Below, one piece after another: positions 13,521 to 26,975 of a stretch of DNA of 64,000 nucleotides (position 1 is the stretch's first letter; the number at the start of each line of letters is the position of its first letter). The notes beneath the pieces are model-generated. The model did no database searches, was not told the origin of the DNA, and was given only the letters and a program-made list of their open reading frames with translations. Source of the stretch: Lama guanicoe (lineage: Eukaryota). The position numbers and the translations under genes are program-made. The DNA lies in NCBI GenBank assembly GCA_013239625.1, contig MU054187.1:12255325-12319324 (forward strand), read 5' to 3'.

Positions 13521-14519
13521 TAGTAAAGACCTATGTTGTTCGGTAAGGAGAGTGTCTAGTACTCATTCTTTAGTGCAACAAATAATTTATGAGGCTCTTC
13601 TCAATAGATGCCAATATCCTCATTTCCTAAAAGTACTTATAAAGATTCATTCCCTTTCTGACAGGTAATAGGAATGACGTCTTTGACCAACATATGAAAG
13701 AAAAGAGGACCTACAAAAAAAGGCAATTAAAATATTTTAATAATATATTAAGTAATAATCTCTTAAGGCCATAAAATTATTCTACATTGAAAACACCTTT
13801 ATCATTCTATTTATCACAAAAAGCTAAGTACAAACAGTAGGGTATTTATCACCCTGCAAAAGCACCAATGAAAATGGTGCCTGGAAAAGAGCAGAGAAAT
13901 TACAAAATTGCTCATTAGAATAAATATGATCTCCATGAACTTTTTACTTCCTTTTACATAAAATTATTTTGTACTTGACTTCCTGTTTTAAGTAGAATAC
14001 ACAGAAACTCACTAATGACTGGCTAGCTGGCCTACTTGATTTTTCAGAAGAATTACTAACCTCTGTATAACAGATCCTCGCTGCTCTGCTAGGTAGAGCT
14101 GCCTACAGAAGCAGCAGCTGCTCTTGAAATCAGTTTCTACCACGTGGAGTCTGCCCTTGGGATCTCCCTTTGGAGCTCATCCCTGGAACCTCATTTGCTC
14201 CCTGTCCTCACAGTCTTCTTGTTCAAGGCCCACTTCCCTGCTTTGGCAGTGTCACAGATCCCCCACTGGCCCTTCACTGCGGCTACCTGGGAGGCGCACT
14301 GAGACCCACCCCGGAGAGCTAATTTCCAGGAGACCACCCAGCCCATAATATCCCCTCTAAATTACTGCCACACAATCTGGACATTTTTAAATGATGTGGC
14401 AGCAAGCAGAAATTTGTGCATTTACCATTCAGTTTGTAGGCAAAATCTTACATTAGGCATGGTTTGACTATTTCTTCCTAGCCCGCTGTTCTGTACTACA
14501 ATGCAAAATACAGGTAACT

Positions 14520-14760
14520 ACTGTATAGCTTAGTTATGGGCTCTGATGCCAGACTAGTTCAAACACTGGCCGCATCGGTTACCACATGTGTTACCTCATA
14601 AAAACTGTTTCACACCTACGTACCTCAGGTTCCTCTTCTGTGAAAGAGTAACCACCGCCAGCACCACCGCTGCCACCTCTGAAGTGTTATAGGATGGAAT
14701 GAGTTAGAGCAAGGAAAACAGAACAGCACCTGATAGGAATTCTATACAAATTCTGTACTT
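14520..14760 (+). mobile_element. MIR SINE
   Basis: gggctctgatgccagactagttcaaac...cctcaggttcctcttctgtgaaa...aatgagtta. Confidence 0.65.
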
Positions 14761-14969
14761 TTAACAGGAGGTAACACCGCTTACTAGAGGAAGAGCTGTA
14801 AGCACAGTTTGAATTCTTAAACAGTAAGGTTGAGCGGGTTATCTTTCTGGTGAGTAAGCCCTTTTAAGCCTAAAAAAAATTATAAATACAATACTACCAG
14901 CTACCTACCAGCTTATCAGTAAGGATGAATATTTATAATTTCTTCCCTATCAGGTTTATTGGTTTTACA

Positions 14970-15400
14970 AGGGAAAACGTTCCCTGTGGGGGGAAAATGT
15001 GAAACATAGGGAAAAGCAAAGAAAGAATGGAAACATATTTCCAATATCTAAAGATACCTATTGACAAAACTGGACAATTTTTTAACAATATGTAATTTAA
15101 AAAAAATCAGCTGTGTAAAAATGAATCCTACCATTTCCACCTAACAGCATCATGAAAGTATTTTTCTTTTATTATTTTAGCCTTTGAAAATATAATTTTT
15201 AATAGTGCCATAATGCTCCAAGTTGAGTTCATGTATTTCTTATATCTGGGCAGGATTTTCTTCTAACAACTGCAACCATGCCACTGATTTTCACTTAACA
15301 CATAAGCACACTTGCCATAAAAGAATGGTAACCACATCTACATTCATGAGTGTCCTGATTACTTTGCGTAGAACAAACACTGGCACCATTCTAATGTCTG
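14970..15400 (-). mobile_element. Very old L1 (L1ME-like) fragment
   Basis: Weak resemblance to antisense L1ME 3'-UTR text. Confidence 0.35.
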
Positions 15401-15553
15401 GTATAGCCAAAAACAACAATTGTAGCACGAACCTAACAGACGCAAGAAGAGAAAAATATTAAAGGTGTGGCTTCAACTTCAATGCTAATTACCAATTTCA
15501 ATTTTTCCCTAGGAACAAAGACAAACCTATTAACAACTTCAAACAATCTATAA

Positions 15554-15558
<5 letters not shown>

Positions 15559-15592
<34 letters not shown>
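15559..15592. repeat. (TA)n microsatellite
   Basis: About 17 perfect TA units. Confidence 0.97.
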
Positions 15593-15595
<3 letters not shown>

Positions 15596-18500
15596 CATAC
15601 ATCTACATTCTGTCCCCCTCAATTCATCCACAATAAATAAAATTCACAGGTATGCCTATGTTGAAACTTTAATGTTCAATGTAGTAGCTTAGGGTGACTT
15701 CTTCGGTTATTGGAGAGGTTTTAAAAATACAAACGCTCACTGAAACCCCAATTATTAATTTTGCCACATTTGATTTACCACTCAGCAAGCAGTGAAAATG
15801 TTTCGTTTACAAAAACAGTTGGGGAAGCACCATGGCTTAACGACATGAGCCACTCGCCCGGGAAGGCGAGAACCAGGATTCCTGTCCCAGCACAGCCTGT
15901 GAGTAACTGTGGAACAGACAGAAAATTGTTTTCTAACTCCAGGCCTTAACTTTAAAGGAATTACACGATTCTTAGGGCCTCTTCCAGCTCTAAAAGAAAG
16001 AGGCTAAGAAACAAAGACGATTACAGTACCATCATCAGCATGCAAATCACTTACTACCATAGGACAGATGATTCTTACTGATAGAAATCACATCCTAACA
16101 CCTGGAATTCTGTTCGATGCTGTCCCGGACAGCCTGCACTTCCTTGTTATGAAAATGGATTTTCTTTAAAATTAAAAAATTAAAATAAAGAAACCGCTTT
16201 AGTCTTTCCTGCCACCTTGACACCCCTCTTTTTAGAACAACTAAAAATTAAAATTAAGTATTTGTAGTTGTTTTCATGGAAGAAACTTGCTTTTATGGTG
16301 CACAAGAAAACTTATTTTGAAATCTGCCAAAGCAACAGACATCAATACTGTCAGTTCAAATAAATATGCTTGCATAGTTAATAAAAAAGAGTGCTGTATG
16401 TAATCATGCTTGAATTCATTTATTCTGAACATATACCTATGAGCAATTAGCTTAAAGATAAAGACAATGGTGAATTATCCACCCCATACTTAGTTAAAAT
16501 AGAGCACTGCTTTGTAATTTTCAAAACAGACTAAATTAGTAACTAAAAATCTATGAATGTGCTTCAGAATGCTAATTTTCTTAATGTTTTATTTATTTGT
16601 AATATGCAGTAAAAGGGAAGATACATATTGAAAATGTATCTTAGCCCATCAAAAAAAGCAACACAGGTGTGTGTGTGTGTTTTTTTTTTATAGTATTTTT
16701 CTTAAGGCGAGAACGCCTCTATTTGCCATCTTTCAAATACACATTCATTCCTGCTCCTGATAATAAACAAGATGCAATACAGTAAATGATAGGTTTGTGG
16801 TATCTTTTTCTTTAGTGAATAGAAAATAATAAACTCAAAGAAATGGGGCAGAGTAAGCACCAGAGTACTGTCAAGGGACTACGCTTATTAATATTAATTT
16901 TTCACATGTTTCAACTGACTAAATGTACGTGTAATTGGTACCCTGGTTGTAAATTTAAACTGCTGTGCTTATGTGAGCATTGTGTAATAGGCAGTCATTA
17001 CACGCTTTCTTCTGTGTTCTCTAATGGGAAAACTGAGAAGCTCTCTCCCCTTTTTAAATTAAATGCTTTAATAAAGTTGGGTTTTTAGGGGAACAAATAC
17101 TCAAACTTCTTACGTTGTAAATTACTAAAAGCTGCTCTCACTGGACTTGACTGTGTAGAAACTACAGTGATTAAATGCTTTCCAGAGCTTACATGTTAGT
17201 GCTTTCAACATCAAAAAGTAAAAGCAGAATCATGTCAGCGCGGCAATGCCAAGCTTTAGACAAAGAGTGAGCAACAGCACAGTGTGGCCAGGGCCTGGCC
17301 ACTGATGAGACAGGCAGAGCCGTCACAGCAAACTGCAAGGACCGAAGATCATTTGCTCTGATCCCGTGTGCCTATACACTAGCTCAGAACCCACGTGTCT
17401 GCCAACGTGGCTTCTACACGTTAAACTAGCTCGCTCCTGAATCACACCGCCTCATGAAGGAAGTTCCTAGCTGAAACCCCTTCCCTCTCCACAGAAGATA
17501 CTTTCCACAGGAAAAAATTTAGAGAGGTTTCTAATAAACTGGATGAGGAGACTGGAAAAATCTGGGGATTCTGCACACAGGCATAATTACTGAAAGAAAT
17601 GTATAAAAAGATGTTTATTTTGAGTCAAGTGATTTCCAACTTGTAGAAATTTACCTATCAATACTTGAAAAATAGAGTTTTGAAAACACACTTATTTGTA
17701 CATTAGAATGTGTTCAAACTTGGTAAAATCTGTGATATCTCTGAAATGTCAAGCTTTCTCACTTTCCTTCTCTCATCTTTAAATTGCCTCTAAACTTTCA
17801 TCGCAAGTATTCCGCTACAGGTACAGACATGGCTAAAATGCATTCATCCCAGAAGGAGGGATGTTTACAGAAATTAAGCCAGATTCAGTCAAAGCACAGC
17901 ACATGCTTCAACATGAAAATTCTACCCCCTCCTCCAAAACATCCTTAGTAGTGTCTGTCTAACTTCAGGTCTCTTCTACTCCTCCCTTAAGTTTTCTTTG
18001 TCATTTTCTGTTTATATTACTGTGTGCTTTCCCTTTGATAACAGTAATTTTAAAAGGCTAAAGAAATTCTCCTCTGGCGGTAGATTTAATGGAGCAGACT
18101 CTTAACCTACTGGTCTAAAAGCAGAGAATCCCTTTGCTCCACCTCCTAACATCTGTCACAAGAGTCAGATTACAAATCAACCCAATGAGAGGATCAAGGG
18201 GTGTGTAAGTGAAGAGGGAAAACAAGGACTAGGAACAACCTAGTGCTTAGGTCGTCAGGTAGAAACCATAATGTGATTTCCATTCTTGACACAATCATAC
18301 AGAGGGACATCATGCTAGAAATTAACATTAAACTGAACGTTTAATACTTGAAATAAAAAGAACATTCTAGTTTCCTAACTAAATAGGAATCCTCTTTGAT
18401 GATGCAATAACCCCCTTTATTGTTCAATCTGTGAAGATTTATTAGACACATACAAAAAATAAATCTTTTTAATGAAGCAGATCTTTCATCCTCGGTTTTT

Positions 18501-20469
18501 TAAAGTCATTTCTAATGCCATCAGAAATATTAACACGGAAATACATTAATCACAAACCAACTAATACAATGTATGTAGCCACTTATGCATGTTACTAGAA
18601 AAATAACTTTACCTTTGATATTTTCTATTTTAAAAACTGACCTGTACACTGCTTTCAATAATTGTGTTTCTAAATCTTCTAAGAGTATTGAAATGGATAA
18701 GGAAATTAATCACTACCTATTTACAGGCTGCCAGGTATACTTTTAATTCTGTAAATGATAAGGGAAGACTAAGGCAGTCGGCAAACATCTCAGAAACTTG
18801 AGTCTAAATGATTTTAACTTACAACTTCATGCCAGAAAAACTTATTTCAAGGAAACATTTGACTAAAGCAACAATAAAAACTTGGAAAATGCTGAATTTT
18901 TAAGGTACTTGATGGTTCTCTAATATATAGAGACACCCAAAGATCCAACTTTCCCCCATTAAAACATTGACATTTCCAAAGTGTACAGAGTGTAACCTGA
19001 TCATCATTGCTGTGAAGGATAAGAGTTGACTATATGCTAAATCTTGCCATCTGTAGGTGCTTTACACAACTCTAGTTTTTCTTTTTTAAATAGGGTCAAA
19101 AGTTTACAGTGTATTTTCCTACTCATTGCCAATCACAAAATTCTTTTATGTTATGTCATCTTTGAACAACTCTGAATCATGTGGGTACCACCCAATCATA
19201 AATTTGCACAGTGAGCTCTATCCCCAAATCCATTCACATCCCTGTTACGGGTAGTCTTTAATGATTAAGCAAATAATATTTATTTATACTCGGAGCAAAA
19301 GGATTAAACTGCCCCTAAAATAATTCTTCCAAAGACACCACTTACAGAATACAACAATTATTCTAACTCAAAGACTCCTAGACGAAACCACTGATGGCTT
19401 GTAATCCAACAGTTCACACAGAATGTGAATTGGAAAGTATTTATACTCAGGACCTCGATTTCATTGTTACTAAGTGAACTCTACTTACATTCAAGATGCT
19501 ACTAACCCCACTCACTTCACCTCTAATGTTCACAGCACAAACACTGATGTAACGTCTCCCATGATTGGGGTTCAGGACTGGAGAACTGTCACAGTGAGTT
19601 AGACCACACAGATCTACAGTACAATTAAACATAGTAAAATGTCCGTATATAAAGAGCCCATACATGGCTAATAAAAAGGCCCTTTCACCCAACCAGTAGG
19701 TTGATCTGCAGTTCTGATGATTTTAAATCAGCAACAAGTCCAAAACTAAAAAAAAAAGTGCAAACATGCCACTTTCTAAAATTCTCTCATTTTATAACTT
19801 CATTTCTCTCATTTACAGTTATCAAAGTGAATTTGCCAAAGCCTGTTCTTAATTAGTTCACAGGAAATTTCCAGTAAATTGAAATCATCACCATAAATTC
19901 AGCAGGAGTAATGTGAAACTATCTAAGGACAGAATATAGTCCTTAAGGAGAAATGAGAAAGCACTAACCTATAGCTGCAGTTTACCTTATAAAAGAATTA
20001 TATACCCATATAAAAATCATGGAAATTTGAATTCTGTTCTCATTATATAAAGAAAATTTAATATTTAAAAAAAAACCTTCTGAGTCCTATTTTTAAACTG
20101 AATAATTTTGTAGTACCTATGATCAACTCCTATTTAAACTATTTTATATGTAGGAATCTGTTATATTAAAATGACTTAAACCAATGTAATAAAATAGTAC
20201 TCTAATTCCAAAAACAACCAGCCCCAGCTAGATGAAGAACAAGTTAAGTGAAGAAAATATGAAAGAAATTTTGAATTAATGTTTCTAATTAGCAAGGGCT
20301 TTCACATAGACTTGAAAGAAATTTCCCTTTCCCAATTACTCAGAACACCAACACAAAGAACTGGACCCTAACTGACAATTCTTTCAAAGATCCAGGATGG
20401 GACAGATGTGATCAAACAGCAGAATACAATGTTCACCAATTTCTAAAAAATTGCAACAAAAATCCTGTG

Positions 20470-20499
20470 AGATAGACAGATAGATGGATGGATGGATGG
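20470..20499. repeat. (GATA)/(GGAT)n compound repeat
   Basis: agatagacagatagatggatggatggatgg. Confidence 0.85.
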
Positions 20500-21676
20500 T
20501 GGTTCCTATTCTTAAATAACACCTCTGAAAATTATGAAGGCTGCACAGCTGGCAGTATGGCAGAAATATTTTGGGCAAAAAAGTAAGCTCACTCTGCTCA
20601 AAGTTAACGCTAGACTGTAAAAAGAGCTTTTTGTCAACTCACATTTAAGGTAAAATATTGACTGAAAAGACTTTTGAAAAGATCTAGAATTGTTTCTCTT
20701 TCTATTAATGATTCCCTAATTACCACAGACACACTTCAATGTTTGCCAGTAACTTAAATAGAAGAATTTTACAATATACTCAGAATTCTAGTTGCTTCCT
20801 CTAAGATAAAAAGAGGCACAATACTAATGTGAAATGGATATGCCAAAATTAAATGAAAAGAGAGAAAAATGAAGAAAGAAATCTAGGACAGGACCCATAA
20901 CAGCACTGCAATTAAAAAGACAAGGAAAGGAAATTCTCGGGGAAGACAAATAAATCCTCCAGCCTCTAAGATGAGGGACTTGCTCTTGGGGGAAAAGATT
21001 AACATTCAAGAACAGCAAATTGAGGGGATTTAAGAAGCGAATTCAAAAATACTGCAGCAAAGCTGAGTGCCAATTTTTAAATTTAGCTACAATTCTTGAA
21101 ACAATTCTCTAAAATTCCGACACAGACCTTTTAAAAACATAGACATCATCTGCATATACATGGTATTTTAAAACCCCTGATAACCTTTATCAGCTACTAA
21201 CATTCTACCTTATATTTTGCTGTCTCATTTTACAAGTAAAATAATTTTAGAATCAGTAACAAACAATGATAAAGTATAAATATACTGAAGCCAATATACC
21301 TTGTCTTAAACAATTCCTAGGATTCTTTCTGGGCGGAGCTTACAGAGTTTCTCCACCTAGGCTTGACCTTCAGTCCCAACCATGGACAATTTTTGTAACT
21401 TCCCATTTCCTTGGTTTCTGTTTAAAATAGTCAAGTTGTTGTTTTTGTTTTTTTCTGTGTTTAATCCAGCGATCATATAAAAACGAAATGAGACAAAAAG
21501 GCCAAAGTGGTCTGCAAAATATTTTTGCAATGAAGTAGAACTGACAGAAGTCACCTGAGAGTTGAGTGACATTCAACTGTCCGATTGCCTTCTGAAACCC
21601 TACATGTTTGTTGCCCTGTTGTTACTTTACCTTCCTGGTTAGAGCATGCTTTCTATCATCCTGTACTTTTGCTCTA

Positions 21677-21717
21677 CATCATCATCATCATCATCATCAT
21701 TATTACTATTATTATTA
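21677..21717. repeat. (CAT)8 followed by an imperfect (TAT)n compound microsatellite
   Basis: catcatcatcatcatcatcatcattattactattattatta. Confidence 0.95.
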
Positions 21718-22279
21718 CCCCATGCCTTTTTTGTTGTTCCAAGTAAGAATCTTTTCCTTCCATTTTAAAAAACTCAAAGAATGGGCAAAAAATTGTTTAA
21801 TGGTCCTCTTTGAAGATCTCCAATACACTAATTTTTTCAGTTAAATGAAACTGACCCTGAAAGTGTTTTAAGATACCCCGAATCCTTGTATGTTGAAATA
21901 AAATCTTTCATTGCCTTCTTAAATGGTGTTCTTTGGTAACATATTAATAGCAGTATTAACAGTTAGAGAGTTAAGTAAAGATATTTTACTCTTATACTAA
22001 ATGTTCTACAAATGCTATTTTTAGGTCACATCTGTAAGTTATTAATATTTTAATATGAATTTGATAATGATCAGCATTCTCACTGTCATTTCTTTTTTAT
22101 GAATATATGACAACTTATCCATTCTCCTATTGTTAGACATTTAAGGTGTTTTTTATTTTCCAATTTTATGCTATCTCCTCACTGTCATTTCTTGACGTAT
22201 TTTATATGCCTGATTCCACCAGCTGGTCTTCTGTTTTTCAGATAAATTAGGGGTGACTTTACTCCCATAATCATATTCA

Positions 22280-22770
22280 TATTTATGTAACAGCTAAAAG
22301 TCACATACCATACCATTCAGATCATTTAAATGTGCACAATTCAATGGTTTTCAGTATACTCAGAGTTGTGTACTCAACACCACTATCAGTTTTAGTACAT
22401 GTTTATCACTAGTAAGAAGCCTCGTTGGCAGCCTCTCCCATTCCTCCCCCCCCACCCCAGTCCAGTCCCTGGCAACAACTAATCAGCTTTCTATCTCCAC
22501 AGATCTGATGATTCTGGACATTTCATACGCGTGGAACCATATAACATGTGGCCTATTATTACTGGCTTCTTTCACTAAACATAGTATCTTCAAGGCCAAT
22601 CCACTTTGCAGTATGTTTCAGTACTTCATTTCTTTTTATTGCTAAATAATATTCTATGGTACGGATGTAACACATTTTATTTATCTTGCTAACAGACATT
22701 CGGTTATTTTCAGGTTTTGGCAATTGTGAATAAAGCTGCTGTGAACATTCTCATATTCATACTTTTGTGA
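22280..22770 (-). mobile_element. L1 (L1MB-like) 3' end
   Basis: tgtgcacaattcaatggttttcagtatactcagagttgtg, ccctggcaacaactaatc, ttctggacatttcatac, ctggcttctttcact. Confidence 0.85.
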
Positions 22771-22899
22771 ACACAGAAAATCTACTAGCTAGTCTTTGCT
22801 AGTGTCTGATGTAGATCACAGGGCGCCTGGATATCTGAAGACAAAGCCACGTCTTCTATGGGGCCTGGAAAGATTCCTCCATTCCTAAGCATTCCATCG

Positions 22900-23470
22900 C
22901 TACCTTCCCACCAAGCCGCTTTGACACTGCTCAAATCTCCTATAACTCCATCCCCTCCACCATTATCCACTCCGTTCACCTCCTCATCTCACCTGATGAC
23001 TTCAATGGCCTACATGTGGCCCAGCCTCCAGTCTTGCCCTCTGCTAGTCCACATGCCCCCAGCACAGGGCATTCATTCCAAAATACAGATTTCACCTTTT
23101 CATTTCCCTGCATCAAATCCTTCAATAAATCCCCACAGCACTTAAAGTAAAATTGCCTTCATAAGTCAAAGACTCTTAGATGATCTTCATCTCTGACTAC
23201 TTCTGCTGCATCTGTAAGAGATTATTTCAGTTAATTACTGTCTCTCACCACAGGATCTTTGTAAATGCTGCCCTCTCTGTCTGGGACTGCCCCTCCTCCC
23301 CCGGGGGGGAGTCTCTGAGCTACAGAATTGTTTATACTCTACCTTTTAATATACCCATCATCTCTATGACAACATAAGCTCCAAATGAGCAAAATTTGTG
23401 TTTTCTCATAGTTAGTGGATCTAGTACAATGAATGGCATTCTCAACACGTATTTGTGGTTTTGATGAGAG
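22900..23470 (+). mobile_element. L2 LINE 3' region
   Basis: cagcctccagtcttgccc, aaatccttcaataaatcccca, ataagctcc, ending near ctcaacacgtatttgtgg. Confidence 0.65.
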
Positions 23471-23499
23471 AATGCTACTTACTGGCATACCTGATTCCT

Positions 23500-24030
23500 G
23501 TGAGGTAGGAAGGACTTTTCTAGGCTCTGGGCTTGGGAAAAACCCACAAAACAACAAACCTTATTCTTGGCTCTCTCTCTACAACACAGGAAAGTAACCC
23601 TCCACTGTCGGGTCATATGGTTCCTGATGTGACAGCCATCACTTCCAACAGTCCCTAGTGTGACCAGAGTCTAGAGAAAATGCTTGCTCTATCCCCAGTC
23701 CCGGCAGGACTGACTGATAAATAGGTGGGCAATATACGCTGGGCCAGTGAGTGTCATTCCTGTGGTTTTTGTTGGCGCTATCAGGAAAGAAACACTCTCT
23801 TTAGAACACTGGCTGTTAAAATGATGTAAGCCAGAGCTGCTGAGGGCCTTCTCTGTCATCACATACGGTCCTAATTGAAAAAAGAAGCCATCAAAGGAAA
23901 GAGAGACATTTCTGGTGACACCATCTCCCATCCAGATGTGCCCAGAGCTGCTTGCGGCCTTGGACTTTCCATTTAGATAAGGAAATAAATTCCAACGTGG
24001 CTCATACTGGTTTGAGTTGGGTTTCAGGGC
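23500..24030 (+). mobile_element. MLT1 (MLT1J/K/L-like) LTR fragment
   Basis: gatgtaagccagagctgctg, ccttggactttcc...aataaattcc...ggtttgagttgggtttc typical of the MLT1 3' end. Confidence 0.6.
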
Positions 24031-24899
24031 TACACCTCAGGAACCATCTACCTGCGTTGGCCTATAATTAGGCATCAAAGAAATGACGATACCAATTTCT
24101 CATTGTTGGTGCCATTTTATACCATATAAACTACAAATTTAAAAAAGCTCAGGCAAAACATATGCCCTGTCCCTAGGGATACCTTGGTAGAAGGCATGAC
24201 TTCTGGTACCAGAGCTGGACACCTGCTACTTCCTTTGTTGGGTGAAACAATGCAACAGTGTTGCCAGAGCCAGGGCAGAATCCTAAGCCCCCTGGAAACT
24301 GGGACACCTAAAGCTTTCAGGATGATAAAAGCCAGCACCAGAATTAGACGCACGGAGAGAAACCACGATTCTGTGGGAATCCATGTCACTTGCTTTAATT
24401 CTTAAGACTTTTTTTTTAATCTATATAACTACAGATAAAATTTATTTGCATCCTAGGGGAACCAATCTGGTGAAACGAAAAGAACAGTTTTAGTTACGTA
24501 GAATTCTCCCAATTTCACGTAAGATGTAGGAATACTGAATTTTATACTCAGTACATCAACTACTTACCTTTGGATGAATTAAAAGGCGGGGAGCCAGGTT
24601 ACAAGGTGCTCATGAAACAAAACTGGGTGGTTCAGCTAAGCTAGATTTCTTTTCTTGAAGACAGGGGAAGATATTGAAATTCAGACATTATCTGTGTCCT
24701 CGGTAACTGACAGAGCACAACAGTAAGGACAGTATCCCAGAGGAAAATCGGAAAATCCGATTTGAGTGCTAGCATGCATCCCACGCAGGCTTGGAGCATC
24801 TTCTGACCAGTTTTAGTTATTCCCCACAGAAGCCCACCCTATCCCTTACCACCAGGCCCTCTCTCCTTAAGAATGGTTTTGTATAACATGGTTGGTGGC

Positions 24900-25460
24900 T
24901 TCCCACTACACAAGAAATATCAAGACTGGGAGGCGGTGTGGAAAGAGCGCCGCACCAGACACAGCCATGCCAGGGAAGGCGGGGCGGGGAGGAGGGGCTC
25001 GGGGATCAGTGGGCCTGGCCGCGGAAGCGGCTGAGGAAGATGTTAACTAGGCATCATGAGTCAGTCATTAAATTTTAGGGAAAAAATATATTAGAAATCT
25101 TAGGTATGAAAGATGTTTCTGTAGCTGTAGCGACTTAAATCCCTCTTCCATTCAGGAAGCATAAGCACCTGGTAAGAGAGAAAACATGCTTGTGGCCTCC
25201 CGCGCATCAGGGGAAAAGTAAGTTCCCCGCACTTTGGCCAGGGAGTATTCCCAGAGAAGCCTCTAAACCGGGACAGTCACCGCCCCGCTGACTTTTCTGG
25301 GATGGGGGCGGCGAAAGGAAAGACACTAAACAGAAGCAGAGGCCTCACAGCGAAAGGAGAGCTGGCCCAGCAGCGCCCCGCCAGGCGCCCAGGACGCCGG
25401 GCTTGGACCTGGCGGGGCAGGGAGGTTCACAGCTCCTCACAGTGGCTGTTTAGAAAGAGC
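24900..25460. promoter_or_regulatory. GC/CpG-enriched candidate intronic promoter or enhancer
   Basis: Local CpG enrichment against an AT-rich background; GC box GGGGCGGGG at 24981-24989, ETS-like CGGAAG at 25022-25027, AP-1 TGAGTCA at 25057-25063, further CCCCGC motifs. Confidence 0.5.
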
Positions 25461-26914
25461 GCTAAGCTTTAGAATTTCTGGCTTTCACATCTGCCAAACA
25501 GAGAGAACACAATAAACCCACAACGAATCTGAATACTCGTGAAATGACAAATGCTACCCCCCTACCACCACCAAATTTGATTCATTATTTATTATTCCAA
25601 TTCCTCCTAAAAATGTATGATCATAATCTCCTACTTCAATAAATATAACATTCTAAAGATAATTTTCTTCTAAAGATAATTTTCTCTTTCTCTATGATTT
25701 AAGATCTTACAGTCCTTAGGACTATCCTTCTGAATATTTGATACTAACACAAAGTAACTTTATAAGGGGATAAATACAGAATGTGTACGGACACACATTT
25801 TCTACCTTCCTTTTAAGAGATTCTACTTAACAGTGATGTAAAGGAAAAACATTATTTAATTCAGCATCTCAGCATGGGGTTCACGTTAATCTAAATTCAT
25901 TATATCCAACTAGATGCATGTGTATTAATTATAAAGATTAATAAAGATCTCATGCACGTATCAACTACTATAAAAACATTTTTTAAAAAGCTAGATAGGC
26001 AACAGGGCAACTTTCCAGTGGATCTCATATTTACTACTAAGTAATTACTATGAAATTTGGCAGGTCGCTGGATTTATTTTTTCCCAACTGTAAAATCTCC
26101 TTCTCATAAATTCCATGATTCTTCAGTATCAGTAATGACAGTGTCAGCTGCTAGTGCTGAGTTTGGTACAATATTAAACTCAAGTGACAGGGTCCACTTC
26201 TGACGGGCAGTGACTGTCCAGAGTGATCCCAGTGTCCCAGTTTTCTAAAATCCTACTGCGCTCACTTTGTGTGTGTACACTGGGTGTGTGTTCACTTAAA
26301 ACCGGATTTTCATTTTCATTACAGAAGGCCCCGCCTTGCAGAGCCAGGCACTGAGAACAGAAGTGGGGAAAGGGAGAGTCTACCCTCTGACACTCGGGTC
26401 CGTGTGGACTCAACTCCTGATCGACTTTTTTCCAGATCCAGTTTTCCCACTCAGGAACACGTTCTGTGATTCAATGCCAACTGCTACCTTTCTAACTCGG
26501 TTCATCCATGAAATTGAGAAAAGGCTTCTAGAGATGTTCTAGTGAAAAGATAGGAAACTAGATGGGAATCTAAACTATGGCAGATACCAGAGCAGTTGTT
26601 TCAGGGATACACTACTTAAACTACATTGTCTCTTCTCCTCCAGCCCCAAAACAGAAGTGTTTATTTGTAATGCCAAAATGATGCATTCCAAATGGTCACT
26701 CATGGTTTTTTAGATTAACTGCAGAGTCACAATGGAATTCTCTTTGTAATCTTTCAGATTTTGACATACTGAATCCACGAAAAATAAACAACTTGCCCAA
26801 GGTCTCAAAGCCACCAGTCTGGGACCACTCCAGCGAACTACTCAGTGACTCCTGTGCAAATCTGAGCCTGTGGCTTAACTTTTTATTTGCTATAGCATCT
26901 GCTAGAGCAATGAG

Positions 26915-26975
26915 AAAAAAAAAAAAAAAAAAAAAAAATAAACCACCAAACTAAAAAAAAAAAAAAAAAAAAAAA
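26915..26975. repeat. Twin poly(A) tracts (A24 and A23) separated by a 14-bp spacer
   Basis: A runs at 26915-26938 and 26953-26975 around taaaccaccaaact. Confidence 0.95.

Noticed and set aside
21608..21844. ORF with poly-His and poly-Tyr runs
   Set aside because: It is simply the translation of the (CAT)n(TAT)n microsatellite
25365..25392. CTCF-like motif cagcagcgccccgccagg
   Set aside because: Only a partial match to the CTCF core; it cannot be supported without PWM scoring
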